Shown here: positions 12,597-27,340 of the stretch, one piece after another
Layout of the letters: the number at the start of each line of letters is the position of its first letter
Position numbering within the stretch: position 1 is the stretch's first letter
Notes under the pieces: generated by a model
The model's database searches: none
What the model saw: the letters and a program-made list of their open reading frames with translations, nothing else
Told to the model about the DNA's origin: nothing
Position numbers and translations under genes: made by a program
DNA from: Psammoneis japonica
Taxonomy: Eukaryota
Length of the DNA: 64,000 nt
NCBI GenBank assembly: GCA_008632985.1
Contig: QPGO01000035.1
Coordinates: 359,899-423,898 of the forward strand
Direction: 5' to 3'

Positions 12597-14699
12597 TGAC
12601 AGAAATTGAAGATGACTGGGTGGAAGAAAACAACAACTCCTCAATGCTGTCTAAACAGCAGATGAGTCTCTGTGCCGAGACCGCAGCAAGAGCGAAAAGA
12701 CTGGTGTCATGACATCAGCACTGCTGTTGTCATTCTTGTGAGCCAAGTGGCTTGAAGGCAAACCACATCACACATCACGTGCGAAACCAAGAGCACACAT
12801 GATCATGTGTGACAAAATAAAATCTTGTTCAAATGCTGTCACTCCCCAGTTTGCTTGAGGAGTCCACAGTGACAGATTCAAGGTTGGGTTGGTGGAAAGC
12901 CTCGGGATCAAAATTCCAAAACATTGGAAAACAGAGGAGGTTCCAGACCTTGGAATGGCCCCAATGCTTGTTGAGAATGCCAGCCAGGTTGTGGGAACCT
13001 TTGATGAAATGAAACTTGAGAAAACCGGAGGCAATTGCCTCACACATGTGGTGGAATGAGAGGGCAGTGTGTCGCTTGTGTAACTTGTTGGAGTGGTGCA
13101 GGATGGCAGCACTGTCCACAACTGACTTGTTGTCCCCAAACATGTGACACGTGTCATGAATGGGGGATGCCCAGGCAACACAAAGTGATGTGCAGATCAA
13201 TGATCTGTTTAACACATGTCCTTGTGGCAACAAACTCAGATCCATGCATTGCAGTCTTGACTGTTGCTTGTTTCTTGGAGAACCAATCAACTGCAAACTT
13301 GTTGAGGAAATGGATGATGCCCATGACAGAGCATCCAGTGAGCATTGATGGAGCAAGTTTGCATCAACATGGTGGGTTGTGGTGATGAACTTGCCAAGTG
13401 GCTTGGACACATCTTGTGGGAGGAGCTCTTCCACCTCTCCATGCATGGATTGAGCCCAGTCATGCATGGGCTTGGGGAGGTCCAAACAGTCGGGTTCCTT
13501 GGTGCACACTCATGGGGCACCATTTTGCATTTTGGACAGGAATCAGCAGACATGTTTGGTGCGATCCAGATGGCCTTGATGGGGTGCTGCACAGAAACTG
13601 GACAGGGACATGATGGCTGCAGCAGTGTCAATGCAACCAAGCGACACAGCCCATTGCAGGGAACCAACCAAAGATTGGAGTTGATGGATGCCACTGGGTT
13701 CAAGCAATTTGGAGGTGTCAAGCTCAGGGTGGTCTCCCTTCTTCTTGAGAGGGGAAAGCACATCAGTGCAAGGCTTCTCCTCAAAGAGACATTCACAGTT
13801 GTCCACCATGCGCTCAATGCACTTGTGTGGAGCAAGGCACAGGGTGCCATCGGAATCACAGGTGAAGTTGCAACCAAGGTGGAACTCCAATGGTCCAGCA
13901 CCCTTGAGCTTGAACTTGCATTTCTCTGTGAGAGTGTCTGCAAAAGCTTGAGGGTCTGTCATGGTGAAGGCTGGATTGTCCACATGTGCTGCCATGTGTT
14001 CACAGTGGTCACCCTTCCAATGCAGCCAGATGTTGGGTTCGGCACAGCACATGAAGAAACCTTTGGCATGCAAACAATTGGCAAAGCCCTTGAAAGGCTC
14101 ACGCCATTCTGTGTGCAACACTGGCTGGCTTGGTTCTTTGCCGAATGGAGTTCTTTGACAGGGTGAACGGCATTCTCAAGCATGATGTGTTTCTGGCCAG
14201 CAGAGAAGCAGTCCACAGTCAGGATCAGAGCTTCACACTTGTGGAGTTGGTCCTGCCAGTTAAATGTGAAGGCATGGGTGGAGCCTTTCCAGGTGCCGTC
14301 TCCAAAGGCAAGCAGTGATGAGGTGTGTGAGAAGGGTTGCTCAATGACTCAAGGGATGCACGAGTGGATGCAAGGGCACACTTGGACAGTTTGCAATGCA
14401 CTGCTTGAGCATCAGAAGAGCCAACATGTTCACAAACAATTGCTTTGCCTTTGTCATTTTGCATGATGCATTTGAAAATGGTGAACATGCACTTCTGTTG
14501 TTCAGCAAACTGGGCCTTTTCCTTGGTTGCAGAGGGCTTGTGTGTCAGATTAAGGATGTGGTCAACGTCCTGAGAGCGTGCCTGTGTGATGATGAAGGTG
14601 GGCCACGTGTGCACATTTGATGCCTCATTTGAAGTCACGCATGGGTTCATGTGGTTTTGGGGGCAATGAGCCAGGTGAAGGAGCAGACATTGCTGTGCT

Positions 14700-14736
<37 letters not shown>

Positions 14737-15612
14737 TGTGCAGCACTCAGGGCTAAGATGACAGTCAGTGAATTCTTCATGTGTGAACAAGGTGGGGTTG
14801 TTGCTGACATTGGTGCCTCCGCATTCTTTTGCCATGTGCAGACCTGTCAATGCAGCCATCTGTGCTTTGCACCCAAGTGGCAAGGGTCGTTTGATTGGCG
14901 CCATCATTGCAAACTGGGGCATCGAGTTGCATTGAAGTAAACGTGAAGAGATCCTGGCATGAGTCTGTCCCATCAATGCTGAGGGCAGAGTGCAATGGAC
15001 TGCCTGTGGCTTGATTCAGAACAGTGCCTAAAATGTGCTCAAAACCATTGGTTTGTTGCTGCCTGGTGAGAACCATGGTGCAAGAACTGAGCAGAGTGTT
15101 GGGACTTGAGTTGGAGGATGAGCTTGAATTGTCTTGAAACTTGACTTGAAGTCTTGAACCATCTTGCAAATCAGAAGCCGCTGGGCTGTGACATCCCATT
15201 TGCAGTTAAATGCCAAGCTGCCTGTCTGGTCTGCAGAGTTGTGCCAGCATGTGCAAACCCACAGAAGCTGGCAACACTTTGGGTTGCCTGAGAGCAGAGC
15301 AACAGGTTAAAGACCCCTGCTGATGAGGTGGACAAGACCTCCAAACCTTTGTCATTTTGTGTTGGTTGGATGACCCAATCAGGCCAGCCAAGAAAGGCAC
15401 TGCGGAGGTTGCTGCTGTCTAAATGGCAGATGAGTCTCCATGCAGAGACTGTTGCAGGAGCTGAAAGACTGGTGTCATGATGTTGGCACTGCTGCTGTTG
15501 TTGTTTTTGTGAGCCGATTGGCTTAAAAGCAAACTGCATCGTGTGCATCGCACGGAACTAAGAGCATGCACAATCATGCATGACAAACTAAATTCTTGTT
15601 CAAATCCTGTCA
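12597..15612 (-). mobile_element. Internally deleted, decayed Ty1/copia element of the same family, TSD ACAGC
   Basis: TG...CA ends, with acagc at 12592-12596 and 15613-15617. 3' LTR 12597-12841, partial 5' LTR about 15407-15612. gag is fused directly to RT near 14091 (about 3.4 kb including PR and IN missing). RH motifs WFSKKQATVKTAMHGSEFVA and FGDNKSVVD. (AG)n run at 14705-14732. Confidence 0.9.
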
Positions 15613-17399
15613 ACAGCCTCTGTTGAATCCTCTTCCTCTTTTCTGCACCATCTTCATCTTTGCCAGTCACACCCAAGAGCCCTGGTTGCAAGACAACCCC
15701 TTGGGGTGTTGAAGTGCGAAAGTCACAAGTTCCCTCCACCTGACAAGCAAGCAGCCTCTTGACAAAAGGCTTGGAGCTTGAAGCTGTCAGCATCCAAGCA
15801 ATGGTGGAAAAATCCATCACTCTAGAGGGTGCAAGGAGCAGCATGTGCAGGCTGCATTTTGCATCATTGGTGTGGTCAACAATTTGAGAAAACAGATGGC
15901 CCCATTGTTGCATCTCCACAAGCAAGAGCACAACAGCAAAGAAGCAAACTCAAGAAGGTGTTGCTGCATTTCTTGTCCATGTCTTGGATGAGGTCACCCT
16001 TTGTTTGTTCTGCCAAGGTCTTGCCAAGGTCAACAAAATGTCTTGCAGCTGCAAACTGCAAACCTTGCATGCAGCATTCTTGGCGACACCTGATGTGAGC
16101 TGTGGTTTGAAATCTGACAGAGAAGAAAAAAGAAGCTCAGGCTGTGTGCCAATTGCCACGACATTGCCTGTGCACTCAAAAGTGACCTCGTTGTTCACCT
16201 GGGATGCCAGCAGTCTGGTGGGTCTTATCCTCACTGTCAAGAATGTTTGATTTTTAATTGGGCATTTTTCTGTCAAACTAAGATGCATTGCCACCTTTGC
16301 AGCTGTTGCTGTTTGCGCAGCCAACAAATTTTCTGCTGCATGAAAAAGAATGCAATCTTTCTGGTGCTCTTGTCATGTCCTGAGCAAAGTGCTTCTCACT
16401 TTTCCAGATCCAAAACCTTGCAGTCATCAGTCTGGTTGGATTTTTCCTCCCTCCAACATTTTTGCTTTCTGACACCACTGCATCCCCACTGTCTTTTTTC
16501 ATTGGATGATTGTGTTTGTTGTTAAAACACCCATGCTGGTCTTCCAAATTTGCTTTGCACTTGCTCTCCTGCTTCTTGCTGATCACTTGCTGCACAATGT
16601 GACTTGCATTTGTGTGTTCTGTCAGCTCATTGTGGCACACATCTTTGTCCATTGCACTGCACTGGCAATGCAGTTGGATGGTCTTGTGTGTCCTCATTGC
16701 AAATGGTCTGGTTTTAATTCCAAGCACTGTCTTCTTTGTCACATTGCCACCAGCAGCTTTGATGTTCCCCCATGTTTTGCCAAATCTTTCAGTTGTCTTT
16801 GTTGTGAACAATGCAGGCTCAACACAAAAACCAGGTGCAGCATCACCTTTTGTGTCACTGCAATTCCTCTGCTTTGTTCCCTTCTGTGTGAGTGCAGTTG
16901 TCTTCAAGAGCTGACACATCTCATCCAGACTGGTTGGACTTTGATTTCTTTCTTGCTTCCTTGTGAGGATGCTGCCTCTGTTGCCTCCATTGGGTCCACT
17001 TCTGATTGACCCAAGTTTCCCATTGCTGAGCTCCCTTTTCCAATGCTGCCCAGCATCTCCAGAAGCATCCACCCTGCTTCGAGAAGAAGGGTGTGCTTCT
17101 GTGCAATGCCTCACTGCCATTTCCAGTGGCCTCAGTCCATTTTCCCCTCCAGATGACAAAAAAATGGCAAAGTTGATGATGACCCTGTGCACCAACAATG
17201 TCCCCAATCCTCCCCTTTTTGAAGTCTGGTTGAGTCCAGAGCTGCCTCCTCCTGCCAACTTGGAAGTGGTCTGCACCCCTTTCTGTTCAGCCCTCCAGTC
17301 ATTTTTCTGCCACTGCCAAGGCTGCTGTTGCAAATGCTTGCCAATTTGCCTTGTTTGCCAACAATGGCACATCTGCTTTTGGAGATAAAAAACCTGTTG

Positions 17400-20300
17400 A
17401 TGTTCCCAAGTTCAGCGCAGCTGACCCTCTTGATGGCACTTGCAATCCTCTGGCAATGTCACATCTTGCAGCTGACACATTTCCTCCTTCTCCTCCTGAC
17501 AACTTGGTTGCAGATTGTTCATTTGATCCCAAAAATTCACTGGGGCAAGCACATGTTCTTGCCCCTGATGAGAATTTGAATGCTCCTCTTGTGTGCTTGC
17601 TGCAGCACTGTTTGTTGCCTGTTGTGTCTTTATCACTGGCCTGCTGTTGCAGTTGACTTCAATGACAAAGCAACAAGAACAGCTCACAAAGTTCATGCTA
17701 AAAAGTGATTGGGTTTGACTGAGCCTCCTGCTGTGACTGCCAGCTGTGACCATGAAGCAACTCCCAAATCTTCCTCTTCCCCACACTGTGACTGTGGTGC
17801 TTGAACTTGAGTGCAACAAGCCAGCCCGCCAACAGAAGAATGGGCTAGAATGCCGTCAGTCCCCACTGCTCTCAGTCCACAATCTCACCAAGACTGTGCA
17901 GGATCTTTTCACAGAGCCAGTTTTCAGGTGAGCCCAGATGACGTGCAATTGCCACATGTGCCTCCTACTGTGGGTGGTGACTTGGATTCTGACTGTGGCA
18001 ACACTCCATTTCCCAAACATCCTGGTGGCTGGTTGTTGTTGACTCAAAGTCAAGACATGGGCAATGGAGATTGGCTCCATGATGCTGTTCAAACACTCAG
18101 GAAACTGCCTCCCATTTTCATGCTCACCTTGTCAGCAAAGACTTCATGCTCATGGCTGAACAACAACAAGCCCACAGCCCAAGCATGTTGTTCAACTTTG
18201 AGCCAAAGCAAGTCAAATGAACAGTGTAAATTGTTTAAAAGTGCCTGTTTGACTTCAAGTCAAAGTGAGCCAAATGATCACCACAAATCATTGAGAGCCA
18301 TTTCCACTTTGACACAGCAACAGCCAAATGCTCAGTGGTTGCTCAGCTTTCAAATTCTGAGCAAAGAAGAAATTTCAAAAAGCAAACGAGGTTGCTTTTT
18401 GCATGATGTCATCACCAAAATTTGGAAAAAATGAACAAATGAGTTTGCATTCCATCCATCCTTTTTCTGAAATGGTGGTTGCAACTGTGATGCTTTGGCT
18501 TTCTTTGACATGTGACAACAACAAAAGTGTGCTTGCATGCATTTCATGGCCACAAGCTTTGAGGAGGCACACTGTCTGTTTGGATTGAACTCTGGGAGCT
18601 TGACGTTGAAAAAGCTGTGCATTTGACAGTGGTGATTTTGCATCATCCACGAGCTTGTCCTGAACTGAGTGGAGTTGATGTTGGGTGTGTTTCAAATTGC
18701 TGCACTTGACAAAACAATTGAGGGCTGCAGGCTTGCAGCATTTTACATCACAGAGACTCAAAACAGCAAACAGGTTGACAGTCAGCAAAGCAGCAACAGG
18801 GTTTGCCAACTCTCCCCAGGTTGTGGCAGTGAAAACTCTCATGCACCCTGCCCCACAACCAACAGCCAGAGGAAAGAAAAAGGAAGTGACTCCTCATTGC
18901 ACCTGTGTCAACACAGAGATGAGCACATGGCACATGCCAAAAGATTTGAGAAGAACAAAAAGCAGTTTAATGCACAAAAGAAGAAGAGAGTCAACGGGCC
19001 ATTCCTGCCCTGAGCTTTGGGGGCCCTCAGCCAAGCAGCACTTGTTGTTTGATCTGTGGTTGGTTGAAATGTTTGTGGCAATCTTTCTGACTTGCAGCTT
19101 GAGGCATGTTGGTGCATGAACCAAGTGTGCAGTGTTTTGGGGGCGTGCCACTTGTTGGAGCTTGTTGAGTGGAAAGCTCTCTTCCATGCTTGAGCTTTGT
19201 TTGTCACATGCTCTGCATCACAAAAGCACACCTTGTGTGACAGCCACTTTGTCTGTTGTCAAAGTTCAGGCTGCCACCATGACCATCCATCAAGCATTTC
19301 TTGCAAAACTTTTCTGCCTGTTTCCCTCTTCCTCCACAGGCAGAGCAGCTCTTGGCAACAGTGCCACCCATGTGCCACCTTGTGCTCAAGACTGCTTTCA
19401 AATTTCAACCAAGCTGCCAGCCAGCATGTCCAACAACTCAGGGCTGTGCTGGGCTCAAACCACAAGATGAGGCAACACCTTTGGTGCTTTGGCAGCAAAA
19501 CTGAGCCCTGCCTTTTTCCCATGTGACTTCCCAGGAGTGTGCCCTCCTTGCTGGCTTTTTGCTGTTTGCTGGCAGAGTGCGCCAAGGTCATTGCAGCTGT
19601 GGGCACACAGTGAGCCAGCACCAAGACAGTCATTGGACAGCACTTTGTTGTGCCATCAGCAAGGAGCACAAGCTGTGGCTGGGCTGCCCAAACCTTCATG
19701 TTCTTGCAGCTGCTTGCAGCACTGGCTCTGAGCCAAGTGAGTGATTTCACCAGCCTGGCCATGTGGCAATGCTCTTGCACCCTGCCCCCTCTTCACACAC
19801 ATCAAGATTTGCAAGACTTTGCCATGACCCCCAATTGTGCATGCTGTGGCCTTCACACCTTCTTCACAATGCATCTGAGCCAACTGTCATTGCAGGCCAG
19901 ACCCATGTGCCTGGCCTTGGACAGAGCTTTGTGCAGGGTTGGCAGCATGTGCAGCCTTCACCGCGGGCCTGGCCACCTCCTCACTGCCCACCTCTTCACA
20001 GCATCCAAGCCACCACAATGCAGCATCATCATGGAGTCAGTGCAGCACAGCTCAAACAAGAGAACCACACCGGAGGCACTCTGAGCTTGCAGCCAGCCTG
20101 GGGTTGGGTTCAAAACCAACTGGGGCTGCTTGACTCTCAGCAGCATGCTGTCACTTGCAGCTGGCCAGTGTGGGCCTGCCCTCTGCCATGCCTGTGGCAG
20201 CCACACCCTGTGCCACAAAGAAGCCAGCACAACTCTTTTGCCCCACTTGTGCAGTTGAAGAGCAAAGTCATGAGTGAGGTTGGGGCCCAAGAGTCATTGA

Positions 20301-23000
20301 GCTTCCTCTGAGGAGGTGACTCAAGATGTGCCAGCACAACCTCAGCAGCCATGACATCTCTCATTCTTTTTTCTAGAACTTGCTTGCAATGCAGCCAGGG
20401 TCTGAGGCAAGCAGTCAAACTGACAAGCTTTTCTTCTCTCCAGCCCACCAACCCAAGTGCAGTCTCTGAGTCAATGTGGCACAGCTTGAGCAGCCAAACC
20501 ACACTGGGAGGAGCACCCTGAGCTGACAGCTCTCTAACTGGCCTCTCTGGCAGGTGTTTTGGCTGCAAACCAAGCTGCAACACTCAGCTTAGATTCACTC
20601 AGTCAGCATCACATTGTTGTCTCCTTGCAGTTGCAGTGTGTGTGCTCACCCTTCTTTGCACCTGCAGCAGCCACCCCCTGGACCACAAAGCCAGCTTGCA
20701 TGGTCAATTTTCAATCCCCTCCTTTTTCTGTTTTCCTTTTATCCAGCAATGAATGTGAAAAAATGCCACCTTGTCAATTGTTTCAACAAGACTGTCAACG
20801 GTGCTGCCAATCCATGTGGGATGGAGCTGCTCATGTGCTTGCTTGCCACAACTCAAGAAGGCCCCCCTTGTGGCTGGCATCCAGTCAGATTCATTCCAAA
20901 CATGGACAAGCAAGACAAAAAGGAAAAGTTGGGGTGCCTTGTTGTTGCCAATTGTTGCCGCATTCTAAAGTCTGTGGTGTGCTTTGTAGACTGCTTCATT
21001 GCCAGGCCAATCCACTCATTGTTTGTGTCATCATTGGAAATGAGCATTGGTGCATGAGAGCCAAGAAATGTTGCAACTCTCTCTTGGGCAAATGCTCTTG
21101 GTCAAGAACAAATTTGTGGACTCCCTCATGTTGCTGACAATGCACAAAATTTCCTGTTGACATGGGTGACAACCCACTTGCTGGTGCTGCACAAGCATGG
21201 TGGTGTCAGACACAATGATGCAGGTGACAGAGGCAGGAATTGTCCTGCACCTGATGGAGGTGACAGTTGGTGAAATGCCTGACAAACAGAAAGAGGAACT
21301 CAACCAGATGGCCTCAGAATTGTTTTGCACAGCTTGGCATCATTCTCCATGTCAATGGCAGGACCATCCACAGTTGAGAGTGAACTGTGGTCTTTCCACC
21401 CTTTGTGACAAGAGGATTGGAGAAAGCTGCTTGTGCGTTGACAGTTGTTGGACACATGCCAGCTGGCAAAAAGCTGCAAGAGAAGAGGTGTGACCCATTC
21501 TTTGACAGCAAAAAGAAGCAGCTGACAACTTTTAAGGGAAAAAGCAACAAGATGAGCAAATGTCTTTTCCAAAAGCAATTCCAAAGAAGAGGATGATGAT
21601 TCCATTCTTGATCTGTCTGATGAAGATCTTGCAATGGACAGAGAAAACAATGGAGGAGAAGAAAGAAAATGAAGCCAACATTGCCCTTCCAGCTGACCCA
21701 CCTGCTCCAGTTGCTCTGACCCCAACACCCACACACCAACTGACCAAACCACAAGAGGTGTGTGGCCTGATGTTCTCTGCAGTCCGGGGGACACACAGCA
21801 TCATCAGTGCACAATGCAGCAAGCTCATTGCTTGGTTTGTCTGAGCTCTGGGAGCAATTTTGTGGCCAGTTGGATGACAGTCACTTTCCAATGCCATGCC
21901 AAAAAAATGGGTGAAAAGAGACAAAATCCCACCTGATCAAACATCCACCCCTCCTCCCAATGGCTTGTCTGAAGCAACTCTGGACAGTGACAAAAACTTT
22001 GTGCAATGTGCAAATTGGTGACAAAACCTTGCCGATGGGCACAACCATTTGTGCAGATGTGGAAACCAATCTTCTGAACTCCTTCATGTTGCTCATTCTC
22101 AGGAGGAAATGGCTGCAGAAAAATCTGTTGATTGCAGAGTGGGCAATCTGTTGGACTTGTTGCATTGCATGCTCTGTTGTTTTCCATGATGCCTTTTGCA
22201 TCTGTGGGAAGGCATTCTGTGCCAAAACTGGCAAGAAGGTGGATTTTAAGTGCTGAGTTGCACTGATCATGTTCAAGACAAAAGGTTGTCTTTGATGTGC
22301 ACAGCAAATGCTCACTTGTTCAGGAGGACTGACAAGTTCTGTTCATTGCTGTGTCTCATCATTGACTCTTTCTTGTGAAGAATTTCTCCACAACAACTGG
22401 TGAGAGTCATCTTAAGTTTTGGGCAAAGCTGCTGGCAAAGACTTGCCAGGTTGCTCTTGGTGCCAACCATTTCCTTGACCAACTCATTGTTTGATTGCAT
22501 GCCAAGCCAGCAGCTTGGCAGAAAGTCAGGTGTCTCACACACTTGAGCATGCCATGATGCAACGTTGTTTCATGTGCACCCCACACACTCTCTGGCCCTT
22601 TGCAAGGGCAGCAAGCAGAGAACACAGGGTTGGGGATGTCATGACATTCTCATGTCAATGGCACAAAATTTTGCATCGTGTGTGTCATCATTTCACTCTA
22701 AATTTTGAGTTGGGTGGCAACTTCACTTGTGCCAGCATCAGCCACAGAGGAGGTGTCTGCAATCAAGGCTGACCAGGAGGATTCTCAGACAACTTTGTGG
22801 CCTTCAGGGAGCAGGAAGTTGTTGAGGAGCACTTGGAGGCCCAAAGGCACTTCTGGCCAGTTTGCTGATGAGCCACAGACCCACACAGTGGTCAATGGGG
22901 CAAGCACTGAGGCAGCAGCCTGCCAGGAAGGTGCCTTCAAAGGCCTTTTGTTCACATGATGTGGGTGGTCTGCACAAAGATCTGACAACAGCTTGGCTGA
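17400..23000 (-). mobile_element. Probable decayed non-LTR retrotransposon (RT plus RNase H remnants)
   Basis: Ordered degenerate motifs on the minus strand: xRTI (about 21245), LISND (about 21035), VVQG (about 20680), HID (about 20475), VTAGS (about 17745) and a YRSEL-like relic (about 17600). Weak and frameshifted; boundaries approximate. Confidence 0.35.
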
Positions 23001-24589
23001 GATGCAGTCATGCTGCAGCTGGGGGGCAAGATTGTGATCAACAATGGCAAGGCCGGATGATGCGGGTGTGGCTGTGATGTGCAACGTCATGGGGGGGGGG
23101 GGGGGGTCTGTGCCCCAAGGAGTTGGCAAAGTGAGAGTTGGGAATGAGGCCTGCTGTGTAATTAGCATTGAAAGATCTGGTGGCAGCAAGCCATTGCTGC
23201 AAGAGGGAAGCTGGAGCATGCATGCCACAGAGTGACCACCACTTGTGCCTCAGTCAGGGAGGCCAGAAATGGCCACGGACAGAAAAACTGTGCAGCACAG
23301 AAGGATGCCCAAGTTGGGGGCTTCAAACAAAAGGCAAGTCCGGGGGTGGGCCAGCACTGGGCACTGTGAGGCAGCCACACAATGCAAAGTGCACTCCACC
23401 CAGGGACCAAGAGACTGAGTCTGTGCAGTGAAATGATTGTGCAACTTGGGTGTCCACTGTTTGAGGCATCATGTGCAATGCATGAAGGACAGCACAACGG
23501 GGTGGAAGCAGGGTGCAGCAGGAGCCAGAGTGCCACATGGCTTGATGCCACCAGAGGCAAGCCACACAAGGGATGCAGAAGGACAGCATCCCCTCATGCA
23601 GCAGCTCTTGGGCTGCTGACAGCAACAGCAACCACAGCATCAGAGAACAGGGGTTGGCCTCCATTTGCCAGTGGCAGCAGGGTGTGAAAGCATGTGATGA
23701 GAAGGATGCATCCAGTGGTGCACTTGCTGTTGGTGGAATGAGCATGTCTGCAGCCAACCACATCTGCAATGCACAGCATGGGATGATGCAGCAATGGCCA
23801 GGCAGCCATCAGGTGCAGCAGCCAGGCCATGTGCCACCACGACATCATTCTCAACACCAAGTTTGGAGCAATGCCTCCTGCCACAAGTGAAGGACAATGC
23901 CACAGTCCAGGATGGTGCTGCAGCTCAGTGTGAAGGCCAACAGGCAGCCTGCCAAAATTGTGGTGCTGGACTTGTTGAAGAAAAAAGGCATGACCAAAAG
24001 CTGGCTTTGGAGGGTCATTGCTTTGCTGCTGCCACCAAAGGAGGCTCCACAGTGACAGGAGCTGCTGCCAATGTGCCAGAGGAGTGTTGGCCCTGATTGC
24101 AAGTTGTTGTCAATGCCAGGGGCAAAGGGAATGAAGGAGAAGAGGAAGAAAGAGAACAGGCTGCAAGCACAGCACAAAACTCACTCTCCAGTTGTTGACA
24201 TGCAGAGCCAGCAAAATGGACAAACAGCTGTGACAACAACTTGCTGACTCTTGCAAGACTTGAGCATTCATGACAGCCCACCTTTTCTGACTGTCTTGAC
24301 AACACATGCTGATGAAATGACATGATGCTGCATGAGATGACATCAACTTTGGACACTGCAAACATTGTCCAAGTGTTGAGGAGGCAACAACAACAAGGGA
24401 AAATGTGCTGTCAAATGAGTTTCAAAAAATGGCTTTGTTGTGACAAGTCTCTGTTGAAGCAAACACACCACAACCTTTGCACAGCACCACAAGTGAGTTT
24501 GCTGGTGTGACACCAACTCAGATTTGAGAACACACACCATCACAAACAGCCCACCCTCCATGGTTGGTTGCTGTTTTTTCCAATGGAGA

Positions 24590-25040
24590 AAGCACAAGCA
24601 GCGGTCACCTCCATTTGTGGGATGAAAGACAAAACCATTGAACAATTTGGAGGATGGACATGTTTCAATGATTGCATCTCTGCCACAAACCCCATCATCT
24701 GAACACACCCCATGTGCCTTGCCCTCCTTTTTACATGCAAGGAATTTGGTTCTGCCATTTGTTTTCTCCAGAAACTTGTGCTCAGTCATTTAGCACAGAC
24801 TTGGCTCAAATTCTGCATGTGCAGATTTTGCACCAAGTCAACATTGTTTTGCTCAGATCACATTTTCTAACAAGGAGAATGAGTGAAATGAATTCCCAAT
24901 GTGCAAAAAGGGGGGCAAGGCACTGAGGGTTTGTTTGGATGTCAGGGTTTGCAGCAGAGATGTGATCATTCTTGAAACATGCCCATCCACCAAATTGTTC
25001 AGTGGTTGTTTCCCACAAAATGGAGGTGATCACTGCTTGT
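24590..25040. repeat. Foldback or MITE-like inverted repeat (arms about 24590-24750 and 24890-25040)
   Basis: tcacctccatttgtggga...tgaacaatttggaggatggacatgtttcaa pairs with ttgaaacatgcccatccaccaaattgttca...tcccacaaaatggaggtga. Confidence 0.7.
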
Positions 25041-26249
25041 GGAGTGTTTTGATGGCAGAGATGGACTTGAAGAAAAAGTCTGCACAGACTCAGTGTGTTC
25101 CTTTGATGGCCTCTGTTGAGCCACACACAGGACAAGCAATGGAGATCCATTGTGCTGCACGCAGCACTGTGTGCACACAGGCCAGAGAGTGCTCATGTGA
25201 GATCACATGCACAAATGCCAAGTGCTGGCAGAGAGCAGCTTGCATCTTGGGTGTTGCCACTTGCAAGGAGAATCGCAGTGGCAGTCTGTCTGTGTGATGT
25301 TTTCTGTGCATGTTTTGTGCCTTTGTCCATCCCTGCCACCTCCAGCCCCCACTGCAATTGTCTCTCCTTGCAAGTGGCCCAACACCCCAGGCCAGCCTTG
25401 CGCATGTGCACACATGGGAAAACCAGGCCTGCGGGGAGCATTGACCACTTGTCTTTCTTTGTGGGTGTGGGTGTGTGCCGTTGCATGCTGCATTGCCTGT
25501 GTGCAAGTGGGGCCCCACCGCCGGGCGGGGCTGGCATTGCACTGCACTGCAACAGCAGGGTGGCATGGCCACCGCACCTGTGACATGGATGACCATTGCA
25601 TTTGATGGCTCGTGCAGTTTTTGGCACTGTGGCAAGGTGTGTGGACACTCTTTTTTGTCCAATTTCTGACACTCTTTTTTTCCCAATGTGTCGCCAAAAT
25701 GAACACTTTCAATTTTTCGAAATCGGGCAAGTGGGGGACTGTGGTGCTCAAACAGTGCAGAATTCTGTGGTGTGTGCTTTGCCACAATGTTGCAAATTGA
25801 AATCATGTGGCGAAAGCACAGTGAAACTGGCAAGTGGTGAAAAACATCCAAATGACAACTGGAAGGAAAGCAACAACATTGCAAGCCGTGAGGAGTCAGC
25901 AGTCCTCAGCCAGGGGCCAATCTTGCAAATGCTGCACATGTTGACCCTGTGCAAAGCTTGTGTGAGGGGCCAGGCACAGGGATGTGCAACAATGGCTTCA
26001 TGGCCATTGGCCCCAAGTTGGCATTTGATTGGGAGCCAGCACTGAGGGGCCATGAAGTGTGGGGTTGGGAGCCCAGCCAGCTCACACTGTTTGTTGCTAC
26101 AAAGTGCTGTCACTGCTGTCTTTGCATTGCCACCAGCCAGGTGCAGTTGGCCCCAAGTTGGCATTTGATTTGGAGTGACTGCCAAGGAGCTGTGAAGTGT
26201 GGGGTTGGGCAGTCCAGCCAGCTCACATGCTTTGCTGACAACAGAAAGT

Positions 26250-27340
26250 GCTGTCACAGCTGTCTTTGCATTGTGGCACCAGCCAGGCACACATGGCCAG
26301 AGCAGCCCACTCTTGGCACATCCTGCTGACAAAGCAGGCAAAAACAGTGTGACTCTTTGGTGGTTTTGAGCTGGCATGCAGGAGGTCTGGACACACCCCT
26401 GGGAAGTCAAACAGGCAGGAAGGCTCAGCATTTCCACCAATGCCAGAAATGTCAGCTTGTCTTGAGAGAGATTTGAGCCCACTCAACCCTGAGTTGGGTG
26501 TCTTGGCTGGCAGGTTGGAAAGCATTTTTGAGCACAGTCTGGCATGTTGGCAGCACTGTCACCAAGAGAGCTGCTCTTCAGAGGAAGAGGGAAACAGGCA
26601 ACAATGTTTTGCAAGAACTGTTTTGTCAATGCATGGTTGGGTGGGATGGGGCAGCATCTGGACTTTGATGGAGCATTTGGGAGACAAAGCTTGAGCACAG
26701 AGAGCCATCCACTCAAGCTCCACAAGTGGGACATTCCAAAGGTGACACCACACATGGGCCATGTGTTCATGCACCAGCATGCCTCAAGCTGCAAGTCACA
26801 TGAAAAACCACCACCAACCTTTCAACCAACCATCATGACATGACAGGGCAAGAGGTTTGAAACAAGAGTGATTCATTGACTCTCTTCTTGTTTTGTGCAT
26901 TCAAGAGCTTCTTGTCCTTCTCAAACATTTGTTGTGCATTGTTGTCTCTTTTAACTCAAGTGCAAAGAGGAGTCACTTTTCTTGTTTCTTTCTCTTGAGG
27001 GGTTGTTGGTTGTTGAGTGATGCAATTTTTGTTGTCACATTTTTGGAAATGTTGGCAAACCCTGTCAATTTGCTTGGTTGTCAACCCATTTGCTGTTTTG
27101 AGTCTCCAAGGCACAAAATGCCACAACTCCAGAGCCCTCAATTGTTTCGTCAAAAGCAGTGCTTTAAAGCACATCCAACATCAACTTGTCTCAGTTGAAA
27201 TCCCAGCTTGTGGGCAATGAAAAATCATGAATGTCAAACAAATGGCTGCTTTCAACATCAAGATCCCTGAGTTCAATCCAAATGTGACAACACGCCTCAC
27301 AGCTCATGGCCATGACACATGCAATCATGCTTTGTTGTTG
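26250..27340 (+). mobile_element. Second, inverted fragment homologous to about 18500-19700
   Basis: aaacaattgagggct...gagactcaaaacagcaaa...cagggtttgccaac (18710-18810) is found reverse-complemented at 27050-27150. FMHQHASSCKS appears in both. Confidence 0.7.
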
